DNA of 64,000 nucleotides, taken from the IMG/VR virus record IMGVR_UViG_3300044630_004720. The stretch is one strand, 5' to 3'. Shown here in pieces: positions 45,551 through 56,218 of this stretch. Every line of letters begins with the position of its first letter. Position 1 is the stretch's first letter. The position numbers were made by a program, and so were the translations under genes. The notes under the pieces are model-generated. The model made no database searches. It was not told where the DNA came from and saw only the letters and a program-made list of their open reading frames with translations. The stretch is from a virus (Duplodnaviria; Caudoviricetes).

Positions 45551-47062
45551 TTAGTTAATTCTAATTGAGTGGTTTATTAAATCATTCTCCATAGAATCAA
45601 TAAGATTTTCTAAAACATACATATCTTCGGTTGTCATATGTCCTGGTTCGGCCCAGTTATGTACGTGACCAACCAAAAATTTATACATCTTTTTTATTAT
45701 TTGAATTAAAACTTCCCCCCTAACAGTTGCGTAGGTTGAGGGTTCAATTTCCATAAGATAGTCTTCCTGAGTGAATTCGTAATTGTCTATTTTTGTGAAA
45801 TCTACACTTTTTTTAGGTCCTTTGTTTGTACTTGTAGATACAAAATACATTTTATCGGATATTAAATTTGAAAATGTTTGCTCACCTTTATTGTCCTCAG
45901 GTCTAAGAACTTTTATCGTTTTTGTTTTAATTGAAGGGAGTGGATTTGCAAATTCTTTCGAGAAAATCAATCCGTGACCTCTACCAACTCCTCTGACCTG
46001 AATATTATCTATGAACGATTTACGATTCGATTTTTGTGAATCTGATATTGTTGTTCTTGTTAATAGTTCGTTTGTTGGTCTGAAATAGAATGGGTGTACA
46101 TCATCTTTACTATAAAGAGTACTAATTTTTTGTAAACTATCTGTGTGAATTATATGTAAGATTTCTCGTAATTCTATATAACCAGTTTTAAACGTGTCAA
46201 TTGATATTGTTGCAGTTGCTCCTGTTAGTGAATTATCTGAATTAATTAGTTTTACCTTTTTTGTATCATTTAAATCTATTTGAGTTCCACTACTAAAATA
46301 GTTTGTGTCGAAAATGGGTCCATATGTGTCCAATATTTTATAAACAAATACATCAACCTTTGTTGGGGTTGTTAAATCATCAATGGTATATTCAACAAGG
46401 TGTTTTATTTTATTTACTGCGATTTTGGAGATGGTAATTTTTTCGTCTTTAATCGACATAGTTCTTGGAAACTTTTTAAGATTAAGTTTTGACATCTTTT
46501 CCGACATCAAAGGAACCTCACTTAACCTTTTTCTAAATTTAGGATTTGGGATTTCTTTGTTTATGAGTTTACCACCTCTTAACATCATACCATTCTTTGT
46601 AAAAACTATATCAGAACCATAGTTTCCATTTAATGCGGTATCATCCAAAGTAGCCATTGTACCATATGATTTCCTATCAATATAGTTTCCTGCTTTATCT
46701 CTTAAATCGGGAAGTCTTTCTGCAATAACACCACCATATGTTGTATCTTGGTGTTGTGGGGTAAATGTTTGAGATTCAAAGTCGTGTGGAGATGTATATG
46801 GTCCCGGTACATATTCCACGTTTTGATTATCTTTATCAGTATCGTATTTAATTAACTTTACTGACTGACCATCTTTGGGTATAATATTGATGTGTCCCGG
46901 TAGAAACGGAATTGCTATTAATGGGTCCTTTTCGTCCCATTCATCATAATTTTGTCCTGCGGCAATTTCACTTAGAAATTGACCATACGGTCGATATCTA
47001 ATTCTACCAATTCCTTTTGGGTCTCTATTGTTAGTACAGACGGCGACATCAATTATTTTCAT
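45551..47062 (-). CDS. Baseplate central spike/hub (gp5/VgrG-like)
   Basis: N-terminal OB-fold pattern VCTNNRDPKGIGRIR...PFLPG; C-terminal GHVH (HxH) tip-like motif. Confidence 0.6.
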   Translation of the reverse strand: MKIIDVAVCTNNRDPKGIGRIRYRPYGQFLSEIAAGQNYDEWDEKDPLIAIPFLPGHINIIPKDGQSVKLIKYDTDKDNQNVEYVPGPYTSPHDFESQTFTPQHQDTTYGGVIAERLPDLRDKAGNYIDRKSYGTMATLDDTALNGNYGSDIVFTKNGMMLRGGKLINKEIPNPKFRKRLSEVPLMSEKMSKLNLKKFPRTMSIKDEKITISKIAVNKIKHLVEYTIDDLTTPTKVDVFVYKILDTYGPIFDTNYFSSGTQIDLNDTKKVKLINSDNSLTGATATISIDTFKTGYIELREILHIIHTDSLQKISTLYSKDDVHPFYFRPTNELLTRTTISDSQKSNRKSFIDNIQVRGVGRGHGLIFSKEFANPLPSIKTKTIKVLRPEDNKGEQTFSNLISDKMYFVSTSTNKGPKKSVDFTKIDNYEFTQEDYLMEIEPSTYATVRGEVLIQIIKKMYKFLVGHVHNWAEPGHMTTEDMYVLENLIDSMENDLINHSIRIN

Positions 47063-47259
47063 AAAGCGGTTCTATTTCCTATTTCTTTGTTTATCTCTTC
47101 GTAATATTCTTGTACGGTATCTAAATGCCTTGTTAAATCAATAATAAGCTGTTTTGTTTTTTCGTGTTCCTCAATTAAAAAATCTCTAGCCTCAAATAAT
47201 GTTTTATTTGATTTATCTTTTGCGTTTGAATAGATTTCAGTTAATGTTTTATTATCCAT
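47059..47259 (-). CDS. Small coiled-coil hypothetical protein
   Basis: Probable start MDNK at 47259. Confidence 0.6.
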   Translation of the reverse strand: MDNKTLTEIYSNAKDKSNKTLFEARDFLIEEHEKTKQLIIDLTRHLDTVQEYYEEINKEIGNRTAL

Positions 47260-47260
47260 T

Positions 47261-49147
47261 TTAGAATATTTTACCTGCACCAACAATCATTGGTGAAATA
47301 ATTGCACCACCCGGACCAGAAGGTATTACTGCTGGTTTTAAACCAATTTTTACAAATGATTTTTCATCCATTGTTTGGCTATAAGCCTCCATCGTTGATT
47401 TAATTGCGGTGTTCCATTTATTTTCTCTATCAAAAAGTGGTCCTGTTTGAAGTCCACTTCTCGTCATCTTTTCAATTGCTAACATATAAGCTTCATCCAC
47501 ACTAAAACCCGGTAATTTATCTGCTAACATTAAGAGAATACCCGGTATTGGTATTTTTATTGATTGGCTTAAAGCACCATTTATTGTTGATAGTATGGTG
47601 CTGAATATAGCCTCACAACTATCTAATTTAGTTGTTAAGATTTTCATTAATAATGTAATCAAAGCCAAAAGAATACCTTTCCATCTTTTGAACTTTCTTA
47701 ATATAATTTTTGCAGCTATTCTTTTTATAAAATTTAATAAATCTCTTTTAATAAATCTCCAAAAAGTTTCAATAAATCTCCAAAATAACTTTTTTACAAT
47801 ATCGAAAAATAACTTAGCTAATCTTTTTAGTATTTCGGCAGCACTGAATACCGCTCCTTTGATTAATTTGTAAACTACAACAATCGGTAAAAATAACTTA
47901 GGAGATAAAATAGATTGTATTAATGCTTTTGGTAAATTAAGAATAAACAAACCAGTGATATTTGCTTGTAAATTTCCTAAATCAACTGAGAGTCCTGATT
48001 TTTCGTGACTCTCTGATGCAACTTTACTCAATGTATTATCCACAACTGAATCAATATCAGGACCATTTTTATCTGAAAAATGTAAGAAATCTTCTAAATG
48101 GTTTTTATTTACCGGAACCTCAAAATTATTACAATCTGTAAATCTTAATACTCTTCTTAATCTTGCATTCTCATCATCTAAATCAATACCTTCAACATCA
48201 TCAAAATCAAAATAATTTTCCTCATCATCTTCATTGTCTAATTGGTCGATGGGATTTTGATTTAGTGGTTTAGTTTTTTGTTTTTTATTACAAATGGCAA
48301 ATAGTTTTTGTAATATTCTATTCAAATTATTTGTTGATGCGGTGAATGATTGTGGAGCGTCATCGGCCCCCTGTATTGTCATCATCATTGCTTGCTTCAC
48401 AATATTCGAAATGTCGGGATATTCGATATTAGAATAGTAGTCGGTTAGAAAGTTTTCAACTGTTGTAGTTCCTGATACGCCTTGTAAACCACCGAGGTTA
48501 TATGCTTGTGCACCGTTATTCCAATCCATAGTAAAGATTGTCTTATAATCCTTATTATTAAAGAAATATGAAGAACCGGCATCAAATTGGTCATAGAGTT
48601 GTTTATTCATTTTTACAAATCCTGTAGTTGTTGAGGATTCATACATAATGTTACCCGTGCTACTATCAGGAGTAACTTTAAGCATATTTAAAAAATCAAT
48701 TTCCTTTGGGGAAATGTCTACACTATTTGCCGGCATTAGTGTATTTGCACCACAAACACCACCACTAAAGAACGCAGTTTTAACAGAATCCATAACAATG
48801 TTTTTGGATTCTCTACCTGTAATACGTGCAGATTCCTTTGCGTATTTTTTTAATTTGTTTTTAATTACTGGTTTACTTGTTGATGCATTTGGATTTGTTG
48901 ATTGTTCTGAACCTAAAAACCCTTCGAATGTTTTTATAAGTTCACCAAAAATATCTTTCTTTTGAGTTTGTTTTGCTTTCCTACTATTCTTAAAATCGTC
49001 TATTTTCCTTTTGACAAGACCATCAATATCAGGTAATTCATCTTTAACCCTATCAAATAGGTCGTCTACTACCTTGTCATTTTCGTCTGCCAATTTTTTA
49101 ATAGCATCAAGTTTGGCTCTTATTAATGCTCTTTGTGTATTAGCCAT
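47261..49147 (-). CDS. Large hypothetical structural protein
   Basis: 628-aa ORF with a hydrophobic/basic helical C-terminal part. Confidence 0.65.
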   Translation of the reverse strand: MANTQRALIRAKLDAIKKLADENDKVVDDLFDRVKDELPDIDGLVKRKIDDFKNSRKAKQTQKKDIFGELIKTFEGFLGSEQSTNPNASTSKPVIKNKLKKYAKESARITGRESKNIVMDSVKTAFFSGGVCGANTLMPANSVDISPKEIDFLNMLKVTPDSSTGNIMYESSTTTGFVKMNKQLYDQFDAGSSYFFNNKDYKTIFTMDWNNGAQAYNLGGLQGVSGTTTVENFLTDYYSNIEYPDISNIVKQAMMMTIQGADDAPQSFTASTNNLNRILQKLFAICNKKQKTKPLNQNPIDQLDNEDDEENYFDFDDVEGIDLDDENARLRRVLRFTDCNNFEVPVNKNHLEDFLHFSDKNGPDIDSVVDNTLSKVASESHEKSGLSVDLGNLQANITGLFILNLPKALIQSILSPKLFLPIVVVYKLIKGAVFSAAEILKRLAKLFFDIVKKLFWRFIETFWRFIKRDLLNFIKRIAAKIILRKFKRWKGILLALITLLMKILTTKLDSCEAIFSTILSTINGALSQSIKIPIPGILLMLADKLPGFSVDEAYMLAIEKMTRSGLQTGPLFDRENKWNTAIKSTMEAYSQTMDEKSFVKIGLKPAVIPSGPGGAIISPMIVGAGKIF

Positions 49148-49530
49148 TAACTATCGTAATTTGCGGTTTTAACGTTATTATCGTCACCTTCATTGACTAA
49201 TTTTTCCAATAATTCCCTATCTTCTTCAGAAAGAGTCATTTTTGAAAATCCTTCTTTTCCACCACCTGAAGATTGTTTTAACAATGCTCCTTGAAGTTTA
49301 ACTAAAGATATTTTCTTTTCGGTACAGTCATTTAGGATTTTTTGCTGTTCTTTGATGACAGGACCAATAGTACTCATATCTTCAGCATCTTTCATAAATG
49401 ACAACATTTTTTTCATTATGAGAGATGCTGTATTTCTATTTTCTACGATATCATTGTAAATCTCCTGCATTAATGCTAATGCGGATTCCGTATCCAACGA
49501 TATGTTTCTTTTTCTGTCTTTCATATACAT
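49147..49530 (-). CDS. Coiled-coil hypothetical protein
   Basis: 127-aa helical ORF. Confidence 0.65.
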   Translation of the reverse strand: MYMKDRKRNISLDTESALALMQEIYNDIVENRNTASLIMKKMLSFMKDAEDMSTIGPVIKEQQKILNDCTEKKISLVKLQGALLKQSSGGGKEGFSKMTLSEEDRELLEKLVNEGDDNNVKTANYDS

Positions 49531-49541
49531 AAATAGATATT

Positions 49542-50243
49542 TTATGAATTTAGAAAACCAAAAATAACACCATCGTACATTTTTCGATATTTTTTAAGAG
49601 CAACCCTTATTTCTTTAGTGTTCAGGGAGGTCATTTCTCTTAACGATAGTAATATTAAGTTTTTATTGAATTTATTACCATCACCAACTTGGAATATTCT
49701 ATCGAAGTTGCTAAAAATTTCAAGTAGGGCAAACCCTAATTTTTGTTCGTTTTCACTGAGTTCTTCAGTGTTTATAAAATCCTCTAATTGAACTGTCATC
49801 TTTATGATAACATCTTTGTAGTCTAATACCGATTCATCTATTGTATATGAATACTCGGGATTATCCTCCATATCACTAGATATGTCATCATAAGACACTG
49901 TTCTATTGTTGTCTTTGGTATCTTTCTGTATTGCGCCCATAAGGTAATTCTTACAGATGGTACCAAAATAAGAATACGCCTTATGATTCTTGGTGTGGTC
50001 GAACTTACTAATCTTAGTCATTAAAAATGACATAGTATCTGTATGTAAGTCTTCGAATTCGTAATCTTTTCTATATAATTTATAACGTCGAATAATTGAT
50101 TCGACCATTATAATCAGGGGTTCTCGTAAATATTCGTTGAATATCTTGTTTCTTTCTGCCTCATCAACACTTTCAAGGTATTTGACTACTGCCTTCTCTT
50201 GGTCCTCCCCAAAATAAATTTTTTGGGTCCTTTTTCTTGGCAT
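49542..50243 (-). CDS. Phage sigma factor (gp55-like late sigma)
   Basis: Region-2-like DLHTDTMSFLMTKISKFD..KAYSYFGTICKNYL. Confidence 0.7.
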   Translation of the reverse strand: MPRKRTQKIYFGEDQEKAVVKYLESVDEAERNKIFNEYLREPLIIMVESIIRRYKLYRKDYEFEDLHTDTMSFLMTKISKFDHTKNHKAYSYFGTICKNYLMGAIQKDTKDNNRTVSYDDISSDMEDNPEYSYTIDESVLDYKDVIIKMTVQLEDFINTEELSENEQKLGFALLEIFSNFDRIFQVGDGNKFNKNLILLSLREMTSLNTKEIRVALKKYRKMYDGVIFGFLNS

Positions 50244-51031
50244 TAGCTTTCTACATAATTGACATCTCTTTTATTTTTAAAGAAAAATTCTTTCTTAGCA
50301 GTTTCAATCCAAAATTTAACTTCGTTTTCGTTTAGTTGTCCGTCTTCTCCATTTTTGTATGACCAAAAAAGTGAATCTTCTCTAAAGTTAACGTGTTGGT
50401 ATCCTGCTCTTGGAACAACCATAATTTTAACACCATTGTGTGTTAATCTTAAAAGAAATTCATATGTGAAAGTCAATTTGATATTATTTTTAAGTTTACC
50501 GTTTTCCTTAACGACTTCTGTTTTAAATAAACCACCACTAGTTTGGTAGTTTTGATATTCCATTAAAACTTCATTGTCAATAAAACCTTGGTTGTCGGTA
50601 AATCCATACGCCCAAGCAGATTCATTCGTAAAAGAAATAAATTCACCGTTTCCATTAATGTCCTTAACGATAGGTAAGAAAACATCAACTTCAGGATTAT
50701 TATGAATATATTCACCCATTGAATTAATCCAGATTGTCTTATACTCATCATCGATTTCCAAAATAGAAAACCATTCAGTATCACAATCATCGATGCCTAA
50801 GTTTATTTGACTTACAAAATCGGTTTCATTTGTTTTATTTTCTAATAATTTAACCTCCAATTTTTGACCGAAATCAAAATCTTCAAGTTTCTTTTTTACA
50901 CTTGTTGGGGAAATTACTGTTAACTTAATATCATTGTGAAAATCTTCAATTGATTCCAAAGCATTCGCTAACATCACAGACTCATCTTCCCCAATTTTAT
51001 GTATTGGTAATAAAATTGTTATTTTTTTCAT
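50243..51031 (-). CDS. GT-A (GT2-like) glycosyltransferase
   Basis: ITILLPIH, QINLGIDDCDTEWFSILEIDD. Confidence 0.7.
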   Translation of the reverse strand: MKKITILLPIHKIGEDESVMLANALESIEDFHNDIKLTVISPTSVKKKLEDFDFGQKLEVKLLENKTNETDFVSQINLGIDDCDTEWFSILEIDDEYKTIWINSMGEYIHNNPEVDVFLPIVKDINGNGEFISFTNESAWAYGFTDNQGFIDNEVLMEYQNYQTSGGLFKTEVVKENGKLKNNIKLTFTYEFLLRLTHNGVKIMVVPRAGYQHVNFREDSLFWSYKNGEDGQLNENEVKFWIETAKKEFFFKNKRDVNYVES

Positions 51032-52083
51032 ACAGTTTCTTCTACTTTAAGTTTTTCAATAGCACTTTTAATTGACTCTTGTCTGATTGATATCAGTGAG
51101 TTAAAAATTGCTAAGGTGTTATTGTTGTGTGTTTCTTTGTTATATGGTAAAACAGTTTGTTTCATTTTATCTTTTACTTCTTCAGTGATTTCAACACCTT
51201 CTAACCAAGCCAAAACAAATGTACCTAATATCTCAACGATTTTATTTGAATCGTAAGTCCATAGACCATTTTCACTTAACCAATCAGGTTCAGTATTTGG
51301 TATTTTACCAATAACCGGTACACCACATTTCATAGACTCTAATGGGAATGTACCGAATGTTGATTCATCATCAACCCAAACCGATACCATACACTCTTTG
51401 AGGTTATCCGCAAATTCATCATATGACATTTGTACCATATCTCTAAAAGTTACCCATCTTAATTGTGGGTATTTAATATAAAATTCAGAAATAATTCGTC
51501 TGTGTACCAATCTGTCTCTGCAGCTGATTGCCACATATGGTTTTAATGGTTTATCCGATGGTTTAAAATTATCACCAATGAATGGTGGAATTAGATGTGA
51601 TAATGTTTCAGGAAAATATTCTTTGATATATTTTTTTGTTGATTCGGTTGTTGTGATACACTTATCGAATCCATAATCACCCCATCTACTACCAATAGGT
51701 AATGTTTCAAACATATAATCCTTTTGTTGTACCAACATCACTTTAACTGATTTAATATTGGTTAATTGTGGTAATACGTTTGAATAATGTTCAGGTACTA
51801 CTATAACATCTTCTACTTTAATTTCAACTTTATCGTCTTTAATTGAAACAACTTCGAGAGTATTATATTCTTCACCTAACCAAGACTCTACACCACCGTA
51901 GGTCTTATCCTCTACTAATATTTTAGCATTGTAACCATTTTCTTTTAAGGTTAATGCCATATCATAGATATTCTTAACTGCAGCCCTTGCGTTGTTCTTT
52001 GTGTCGTAAGTTAAAAAATATATGACGTTTTCTTTATTTTCAATCCTACCTAAAGAGGATTCTAATTTTTCAATGTTACTCAT
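51028..52083 (-). CDS. GT-B (GT4-like) glycosyltransferase
   Basis: VIVVPE; ESTFGTFPLESMKCGVPVI (Ex7E-like motif). Confidence 0.75.
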   Translation of the reverse strand: MSNIEKLESSLGRIENKENVIYFLTYDTKNNARAAVKNIYDMALTLKENGYNAKILVEDKTYGGVESWLGEEYNTLEVVSIKDDKVEIKVEDVIVVPEHYSNVLPQLTNIKSVKVMLVQQKDYMFETLPIGSRWGDYGFDKCITTTESTKKYIKEYFPETLSHLIPPFIGDNFKPSDKPLKPYVAISCRDRLVHRRIISEFYIKYPQLRWVTFRDMVQMSYDEFADNLKECMVSVWVDDESTFGTFPLESMKCGVPVIGKIPNTEPDWLSENGLWTYDSNKIVEILGTFVLAWLEGVEITEEVKDKMKQTVLPYNKETHNNNTLAIFNSLISIRQESIKSAIEKLKVEETV

Positions 52084-52360
52084 TTTCTTCTTCTATTAAG
52101 ATGTTATTTTTTACTAATGTGTTAAATGCTAATCTGAACGATATGGTGGTATCTTTTTGTGCGAAAAGACCCATCTCTTCATCTGATTCATCGAATTCGT
52201 TAAGAACTCTTTCAAGACACATTTTTATTATTTCGTATTTAAAAATGTTTATTTCGAGCGATTCGCCCCCATCGTCATCTTTAATCGTGTTACCTGTTCT
52301 ACAAACTTCTGTAACCGTATCAAGGTCGATGTAATAATATTTTCCGAAGACTTCAACCAT
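52076..52360 (-). CDS. Hypothetical protein
   Basis: 94-aa ORF in the operon. Confidence 0.6.
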   Translation of the reverse strand: MVEVFGKYYYIDLDTVTEVCRTGNTIKDDDGGESLEINIFKYEIIKMCLERVLNEFDESDEEMGLFAQKDTTISFRLAFNTLVKNNILIEEENE

Positions 52361-52941
52361 AATTTATCAATTTCTATTAATTTATCAATTTCTATTCCAT
52401 TAGTAAAGTATTCGTTATACTGTGTTTTAAACTTTACTGCCGTTTTATTTTTAGGACACTTGTCTATAATATTTTTATTATCGGTAATCCATAAATCACA
52501 TTCCTTCCAAAGATTATCTATTTCAGTATCTCTTGAAAATTTTATGTTATTTGACATACACCCATTTCTTGAGAGAAAGAAAAGAGTAGCTGCTTTCGCT
52601 TTACCCAATTCATTAATACCAACTAATGTTATGTTGTGTTCTTTGTGTTCATAAATGAATTCATTAAGGTGAATGAAAGCATTTTGATAACTTTGTGTAG
52701 CGTGTCCAAAAATTTCGATTGGATAATCGATATATAAAAAATTATCATATTCTTCTTTAGATTGGAATTTATAATAATTTAAAAGATTATCATTTTGGAT
52801 TATGCTTTCTTTCCCATACTCAAAAGACTCTTGTTCATTTCCCTCTTCAATTTCAGAGTTGATGAAATAATCGTGGTAATGGTAATCGAATTTTTGAATT
52901 GTGTTTCTTAAAACCCCATCAATACTAATGTATATTTCCAT
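52249..52941 (-). CDS. HAD-superfamily 5'-nucleotidase-like protein with atypical motif I
   Basis: IYISIDGVLRN (S at the position of the first D), CDLWITDN. Confidence 0.6.
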   Translation of the reverse strand: MEIYISIDGVLRNTIQKFDYHYHDYFINSEIEEGNEQESFEYGKESIIQNDNLLNYYKFQSKEEYDNFLYIDYPIEIFGHATQSYQNAFIHLNEFIYEHKEHNITLVGINELGKAKAATLFFLSRNGCMSNNIKFSRDTEIDNLWKECDLWITDNKNIIDKCPKNKTAVKFKTQYNEYFTNGIEIDKLIEIDKLWLKSSENIITSTLIRLQKFVEQVTRLKMTMGANRSK

Positions 52942-53055
52942 AATGAAAATATAACATAGATAGATTTATAAGTAAACAATAAACCCACATTTGAAAACTA
53001 ACAAATGTGGGTTATACTAACAAATGATATGTTAGTGTGCAAAATTATGTTATCG

Positions 53056-53766
53056 TTAATCGTATCTTTCTAAGATTTCAGAAATAATTGGATTTCTAAC
53101 AATGTCTTCGGTTCCGAATTCGAACACACCAATACCTCTCACTCCTTCTAATCTTTTTTTGGCGTCGTATAATCCTGACTTTGTTTTGTCTTTAAATTTA
53201 TCTGATTGTTCTAAATCTCCTGATAAGAAAAACTTAGAATTAAAACCAATCCGTGTAAGTAATAATTTTATTTGTGCTGGCGTTGCGTTTTGTGCCTCTT
53301 CAAATACTAGAATTGTATTATCTACGTTCCAACCCCTCATATACGCTAGTGCGGCAACTTCGATAAAACCTTCATCTTTTAACCTTTCTCTCGATTCTTT
53401 ACCTATAATCTTATTTAGTAGGTAATATGAAGGGTATATGTATGGGTCTAATTTTTCTTCTAATCCACCGGGTAACGAACCGAGTTTTTCCTCAGCTTCA
53501 ACCGCGGGTCTTACAATTATAATTTTTTCATACTTATTATCTTCCTGCCATAAGAGGTCAACCGCTCTTTTCATTGCTATGTAGGATTTACCAACACCTG
53601 CGGGACCAAAACACAAGGTGATTTGATTATCACCTAATATTTTCCAGTATTCTTCTTGATTTTTTGTTAGGAATTTTTCTTTTGGTCTTTTAACTAGTTC
53701 TCTGATTCTCTCTTTATGAGTTGTTTTTTTGTCTTCTACAACTGATTTAAATTTTGGTTTCAACAA
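53056..53766 (-). CDS. phoH: PhoH-like ATPase
   Basis: GPAGVGKS, RPAVEAEEKLGSLPG, YMRG, EEAQN, GDLEQSD. Confidence 0.92.
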   Translation of the reverse strand: MLKPKFKSVVEDKKTTHKERIRELVKRPKEKFLTKNQEEYWKILGDNQITLCFGPAGVGKSYIAMKRAVDLLWQEDNKYEKIIIVRPAVEAEEKLGSLPGGLEEKLDPYIYPSYYLLNKIIGKESRERLKDEGFIEVAALAYMRGWNVDNTILVFEEAQNATPAQIKLLLTRIGFNSKFFLSGDLEQSDKFKDKTKSGLYDAKKRLEGVRGIGVFEFGTEDIVRNPIISEILERYD

Positions 53767-53812
53767 GGTCTTTTTAATTTAATATAAACTATTATTTTAT
53801 GATAAATATCAT

Positions 53813-54463
53813 CTAATTACCCGTAGAACCAAATCCACCTTCACCTCTTTCGGTATTTGACAATTCATTAGACTCAACCATCCTTATCTGTGGGTAAGGT
53901 AAAATAACGATTTGAGCTCCTCTTTCACCCACGTTATATGATATACTATCCAAACCCTGTGTTTTTTTGAAAGTGGCTTGTAATTCACCTCTATAACCAC
54001 TATCAATTACTCCAACACAATTAGATAATATTAAATCTTGGTTTCTAACCGATGAACGAGGGAAAACTAATCCAACATAACCTTTAGGGATTTCCATTGC
54101 AATACCAAAACCATATGAAATACTGAAAGTGGTATTTTCTTTAATATTTGTAATTGTTAAATCCATACCCGCATCTCCGTCTTTTGAGTATGTAGGAATC
54201 ACAGCATTTGGGTCTAATTTTTTGACTTTAACGGGTACGGTGAATATTGATGAAGGGGATACTTGTTGGGGTGTTTCCATTACCCCCTTCATCATCTCTT
54301 GCTCAACATCTTTATTCAATGACGTTAAAACATTGTTCAGAGTCTGAATGAAATTATCGTTTAACATTTCATCATCCTCTAAAGACTCATCATCGACATC
54401 TTCAATTTTACTATTCAGTTCCATTAATTTACTAATGTACTCCTGAACCTTATCTTTTTCCAT
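53813..54463 (-). CDS. dut: Trimeric dUTPase with acidic N-terminal extension
   Basis: DAGMDL, PRSS, GVIDSGYRGE, RGEGGFGSTG. Confidence 0.93.
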   Translation of the reverse strand: MEKDKVQEYISKLMELNSKIEDVDDESLEDDEMLNDNFIQTLNNVLTSLNKDVEQEMMKGVMETPQQVSPSSIFTVPVKVKKLDPNAVIPTYSKDGDAGMDLTITNIKENTTFSISYGFGIAMEIPKGYVGLVFPRSSVRNQDLILSNCVGVIDSGYRGELQATFKKTQGLDSISYNVGERGAQIVILPYPQIRMVESNELSNTERGEGGFGSTGN

Positions 54464-54464
54464 A

Positions 54465-54683
54465 CTATTGGGTTACTCTTTTTTCTGAAATCCACTTATC
54501 TAATGCCTTAATTCTTTTTTTAAGGTCTTCATCTTGAGGTCTCAAACAAATCTCAACGAATAAATCGGTGATTCTTACTAATTCCTCTAATGTAACTGAT
54601 ACACCTACAGATTGAACGTACTCCAAAGCCATTTTGCTTTGTGATTGACGCATAATTTGTATTTCACGACTGTAGAATTCCAT
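54465..54683 (-). CDS. Hypothetical protein
   Basis: 72-aa ORF in the operon. Confidence 0.6.
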   Translation of the reverse strand: MEFYSREIQIMRQSQSKMALEYVQSVGVSVTLEELVRITDLFVEICLRPQDEDLKKRIKALDKWISEKRVTQ

Positions 54684-54694
54684 TTTTTTTATGT

Positions 54695-54928
54695 TTATGA
54701 TTTATAATATTCTGGTGTGTTTTTTTCGTCGATTACACATTCAATCGGCATTTTAACTACACTCAAACTTTCACTACCGCGGATATCACCTGCTCGGTAT
54801 TTTCCTGCAACAAGAGTTGCTTCTTCAACTGATTCTGCTTGAAGGACGTATTTTACTTTTTTAATACGTGGGTTACCTTCTCTGTCCATTTGTTCGGTTT
54901 CATAACCGATAGTTACTAAATAATACAT
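54695..54928 (-). CDS. DUF4494-like small protein
   Basis: YLVTIGYE...IKKVKYVLQAESVEEA resembles the Bacteroidetes DUF4494 N-terminus. Confidence 0.5.
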   Translation of the reverse strand: MYYLVTIGYETEQMDREGNPRIKKVKYVLQAESVEEATLVAGKYRAGDIRGSESLSVVKMPIECVIDEKNTPEYYKS

Positions 54929-54939
54929 AATTGTTGTTT

Positions 54940-56166
54940 TTATTTGTTAATAATTGATTTGAAAAATTCTGCTCGTGTGTTATTGACAACTCTTAATGAA
55001 TATCTGTCTTTAACTGTTTCATATAGTCGATTACCCAAGTCTTCAATCATATTTGGATTTTCGATTAATCTTTTCATATGTTTAGCCCAATCTTTGTGAT
55101 TTCTTCTTGTGTTAACGAGTAAGGCATTTCCTTTACTATTGAACTTACCTTCATCAACCGCATTTACTAAATCAATAAGATAAGGATTACATTCACTTGC
55201 AATTAATGCTTTTTTATGAAATCCTGCTTCAATTGCTTTTAATTGTGATTTATTTGAATTAAACTCACTGTCAACAAGTGGAGCTATCGAAACATCAAAT
55301 GTATTATAATTTAATGCATATTTTGAAATTTCTTTAGTCCATCTTCTTCTGTATGGTTTATTAGTATCATCGTATTGTTCGTCTTTGAATGTTAGAAGAA
55401 AATTTTTATAATCTTCGTCTAATGATTTATAATCATCAGTAAACATTCTTTCGTATTGATACCAAACAGTTTCTGTCGGTGTTATGGGTCTTTCAGTAAC
55501 TTTACCTTGAGCGTCCATTTGTTTTACTGTACCTCTTAAATCGAAACCACATAAAACAAATTGTGTTGAATCTTTATAAGCAGCAAGTGTAGATGAAATT
55601 CCGCTCTTAGCCAATTCCAAATCGTGAAAGTGGGATGAACCACCTAACCAACCAAAACGAATTTTATCTGATTTTTCAACATTCGATTTGTATTGGCTTT
55701 CATTTTCATCTATTGCGTTTGGAAAAACAACAATGTTTTTTAATCCGATTTTTTTTGCTATTGTATCTCTGAAAACACTTGTTGTTGTTGAAACATAGTC
55801 GGCAGCTCTTAGTAGTTGTACCTTCTTTTTATTTGTTTCCGTTTTTATAATTGACTGATACATAGGGTGTCTATGGTCAGGAGTCCAAAAATCATCAATG
55901 TCCACAATTACCTTAACTCCCTTGTTTTTTAACCATTCGATTCTCGATAAGTTTTTTTCAAAGGGAACTTTGTTGTGTATAAAACTATGTAAAACAACTA
56001 CATCATAGCCATCAAACTCAGAATCATTATCTTCAACATTGTATTTGATATCAATATGGAAATCATTAGGGTAAGTTTCTTGTAAGTGGGTGTATGGACC
56101 CATAACCCTGAATTTACCAACACCATATTGGTCTGAGGGAATAGCTAATATTTTAATTTTTGACAT
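54940..56166 (-). CDS. GT-B (GT4-like) glycosyltransferase
   Basis: VDIDDFW, FPNAID, FGWLGGSSH, APL..FN..KSQLKAIEAG. Confidence 0.85.
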   Translation of the reverse strand: MSKIKILAIPSDQYGVGKFRVMGPYTHLQETYPNDFHIDIKYNVEDNDSEFDGYDVVVLHSFIHNKVPFEKNLSRIEWLKNKGVKVIVDIDDFWTPDHRHPMYQSIIKTETNKKKVQLLRAADYVSTTTSVFRDTIAKKIGLKNIVVFPNAIDENESQYKSNVEKSDKIRFGWLGGSSHFHDLELAKSGISSTLAAYKDSTQFVLCGFDLRGTVKQMDAQGKVTERPITPTETVWYQYERMFTDDYKSLDEDYKNFLLTFKDEQYDDTNKPYRRRWTKEISKYALNYNTFDVSIAPLVDSEFNSNKSQLKAIEAGFHKKALIASECNPYLIDLVNAVDEGKFNSKGNALLVNTRRNHKDWAKHMKRLIENPNMIEDLGNRLYETVKDRYSLRVVNNTRAEFFKSIINK

Positions 56167-56218
56167 AATTTACTTCACTTATATCAAAAATATAAATAAA
56201 AAAATTTGAAAAACAAAA

